Assembly: GCA_030704615.1 (NCBI GenBank)
Contig: CM060733.1
Span: 4,898,001 to 4,962,000 of the forward strand
Direction of reading: 5' to 3'
DNA from: Takakia lepidozioides
Lineage: Eukaryota; Plantae; Bryophyta
Length of the DNA: 64,000 nucleotides
The notes under the pieces were generated by a model, which was not told the origin of the DNA, did no database searches, and saw only the letters and a list, made by a program, of their open reading frames with translations. The position numbers and the translations under genes were made by a program. This document shows positions 62,661 to 64,000 of the stretch, in pieces (position 1 is the stretch's first letter; every line of letters begins with the position of its first letter).

Positions 62661-62936
62661 GGGACCAGCAAATCCACAAGCATGGGACTGACCAGCAAGT
62701 CCACAAGCAGACTGATGCAGCAGACCGAGCATGTAGACTACCAACTACGAGCAGACTCACGAGCATCGTGGCACAGAACAAAGGAACCAGCGGACTCTAG
62801 CAGACTCAACGACAAGAGACACATGCGCACGTATAGTAAACTGAACCAGCAGACTGTATGACAACAGACACCTGCGCACAGTGGACTGCAGGAGGGGACG
62901 CAGCAGACTGACGCAACCGAACAGGGGCACATGACA
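62661..62936 (-). mobile_element. Terminal part of the LTR-like element (minus strand starts TGTCA)
   Basis: The minus strand begins TGTCATGTGCCCC at 62936 and has the same short internal repeats as 59522-59620. No partner LTR or TSD was seen. Confidence 0.4.
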
Positions 62937-62951
62937 TTTTAACTCAGCTGG

Positions 62952-63322
62952 GAGCACATGCATTACCGGTAAGTGAGTTTGTGGAGGGGCTGCACATTAA
63001 GGTGTCGTCAACGACATCTTAATTCCCAGCCCTGTGCCAACCTGAGAATTGAACCCAATAGGAAAAAAAAAACAATCCCCAAAAAGTGACAAATTAGATG
63101 TTGTTGAAGAGGGAACACATGCCTTAGCGGTAAGCATGTGTGTGCAAGGGCTGGGGATTAAGGTATCATCAACGATACCTTAATTCGCTGCCCTGTCCGA
63201 ACATGAGAATTGAACCCAACAGACCCCAGAAGATTTTTTTTTTTTTTTTTTATCTATTTTTCCCTCTCTCTCCCCCCCCCCCCCCAATGTGTCAGATTAA
63301 GGTGTCGTCAACAACATCTTAA
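62952..63322 (-). repeat. Two copies plus a fragment of a small hairpin-bearing, SINE-like repeat
   Basis: Near-palindrome TTAAGGTGTCGTCAACGACATCTTAA at ~62997, ~63158 and ~63297. The first two are followed by GAGAATTGAACCC (minus strand GGGTTCAATTCTC, B-box-like). Confidence 0.5.
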
Positions 63323-64000
63323 TCTGGCTGGTCTTCTGGTATGCTATTTGGGATGAATGGCATCGACAAATTGCTCGGACTACATAACTTATGATTCGTT
63401 GTCATGTCCTTCTTCCAGGTGACCAGAAGTTTGCTCATTGGTGTATGAATGCAGGAGTCCCGTGGTGTTTCTTTGCCAACTTGGATTTTTTCCCAAGTTT
63501 TTCAACAAGTTTTAATTTGCCATCTTATGCGGAGGCTGCGGCTACGGAATATAGTTTACAATCATCTCCCCCTTCTGTGCTTCACAACAGACATAGTCTT
63601 CTGAAAAGCAAGGCTAGCATCTTTGTAGACAATTCTGCCTTCGTTTTGATCAGTAGCGCCTGTAGCAGTGGATCTTCTTTGACGGAATGAATCACATGTT
63701 TTGGAACGTTTATTTATGAAGTTCACCTCTCTGCCTTCTTTCCAATTGGGTAAGAGCCTCACTATCAACCATCCATACCCCTCCTCAATCAATTCAGCAA
63801 TCTGGATTCATTGTTGCCAATATACTTTAGAATACACTGCACTATATTTATTTCATTCATCCATGTGTCATTCGTAATACCAACTTTCATCCTCCATTCA
63901 TCCTTCATTCATCCAAGCAGCATCCATACCCTAGCTTGTAATTCTGACCGGTCTGTGCAGTAATAGGTGTTATAAGTCGAATAGGCGCCCGCGGTTATAG

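Noticed and set aside
63340-63800. Possible transposase or gene fragment on the minus strand
   Set aside because: Interrupted frames with no diagnostic motif, near the window edge.

Overview
Eukaryotic nuclear DNA from a land plant, probably a bryophyte or other non-seed lineage (inferred from gene and TE style, not proven). There are two apparently intact spliced genes, arranged convergently: a 4-exon F-box gene (+, 42562-44518) and a 17-exon arginyl-tRNA synthetase with an N-terminal transit-peptide-like extension (-, 46846-54144). Each end of the window holds a decayed, rearranged copy of one L1/Tx1-type LINE family, and both copies have an unusually long ORF1. Copy 1 (-, 1-5465) has lost its RT domain and has an internal inversion. 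Copy 2 (+, ~54557-62660) carries an 8-bp-TSD DNA transposon, an LTR-like insert and a 3.1-kb inversion at a 5-bp microhomology. The middle ~5.5-42 kb is a TE and duplication mosaic: a canonical non-autonomous Helitron, a pogo-like element, a piggyBac-like TTAA element, tRNA-derived SINEs sharing a 34-nt tail, and interleaved inverted and direct segmental duplications with fragments of glutathionyl-hydroquinone reductase and HECT ligase genes, plus a nearby tyrosine-phosphatase relic. It also holds a young 6 x 246-bp tandem array whose units run TC...CTAG and contain internal inverted repeats. No CRISPR, rRNA or intact tRNA was found. All calls were made by eye; no database searches were run.
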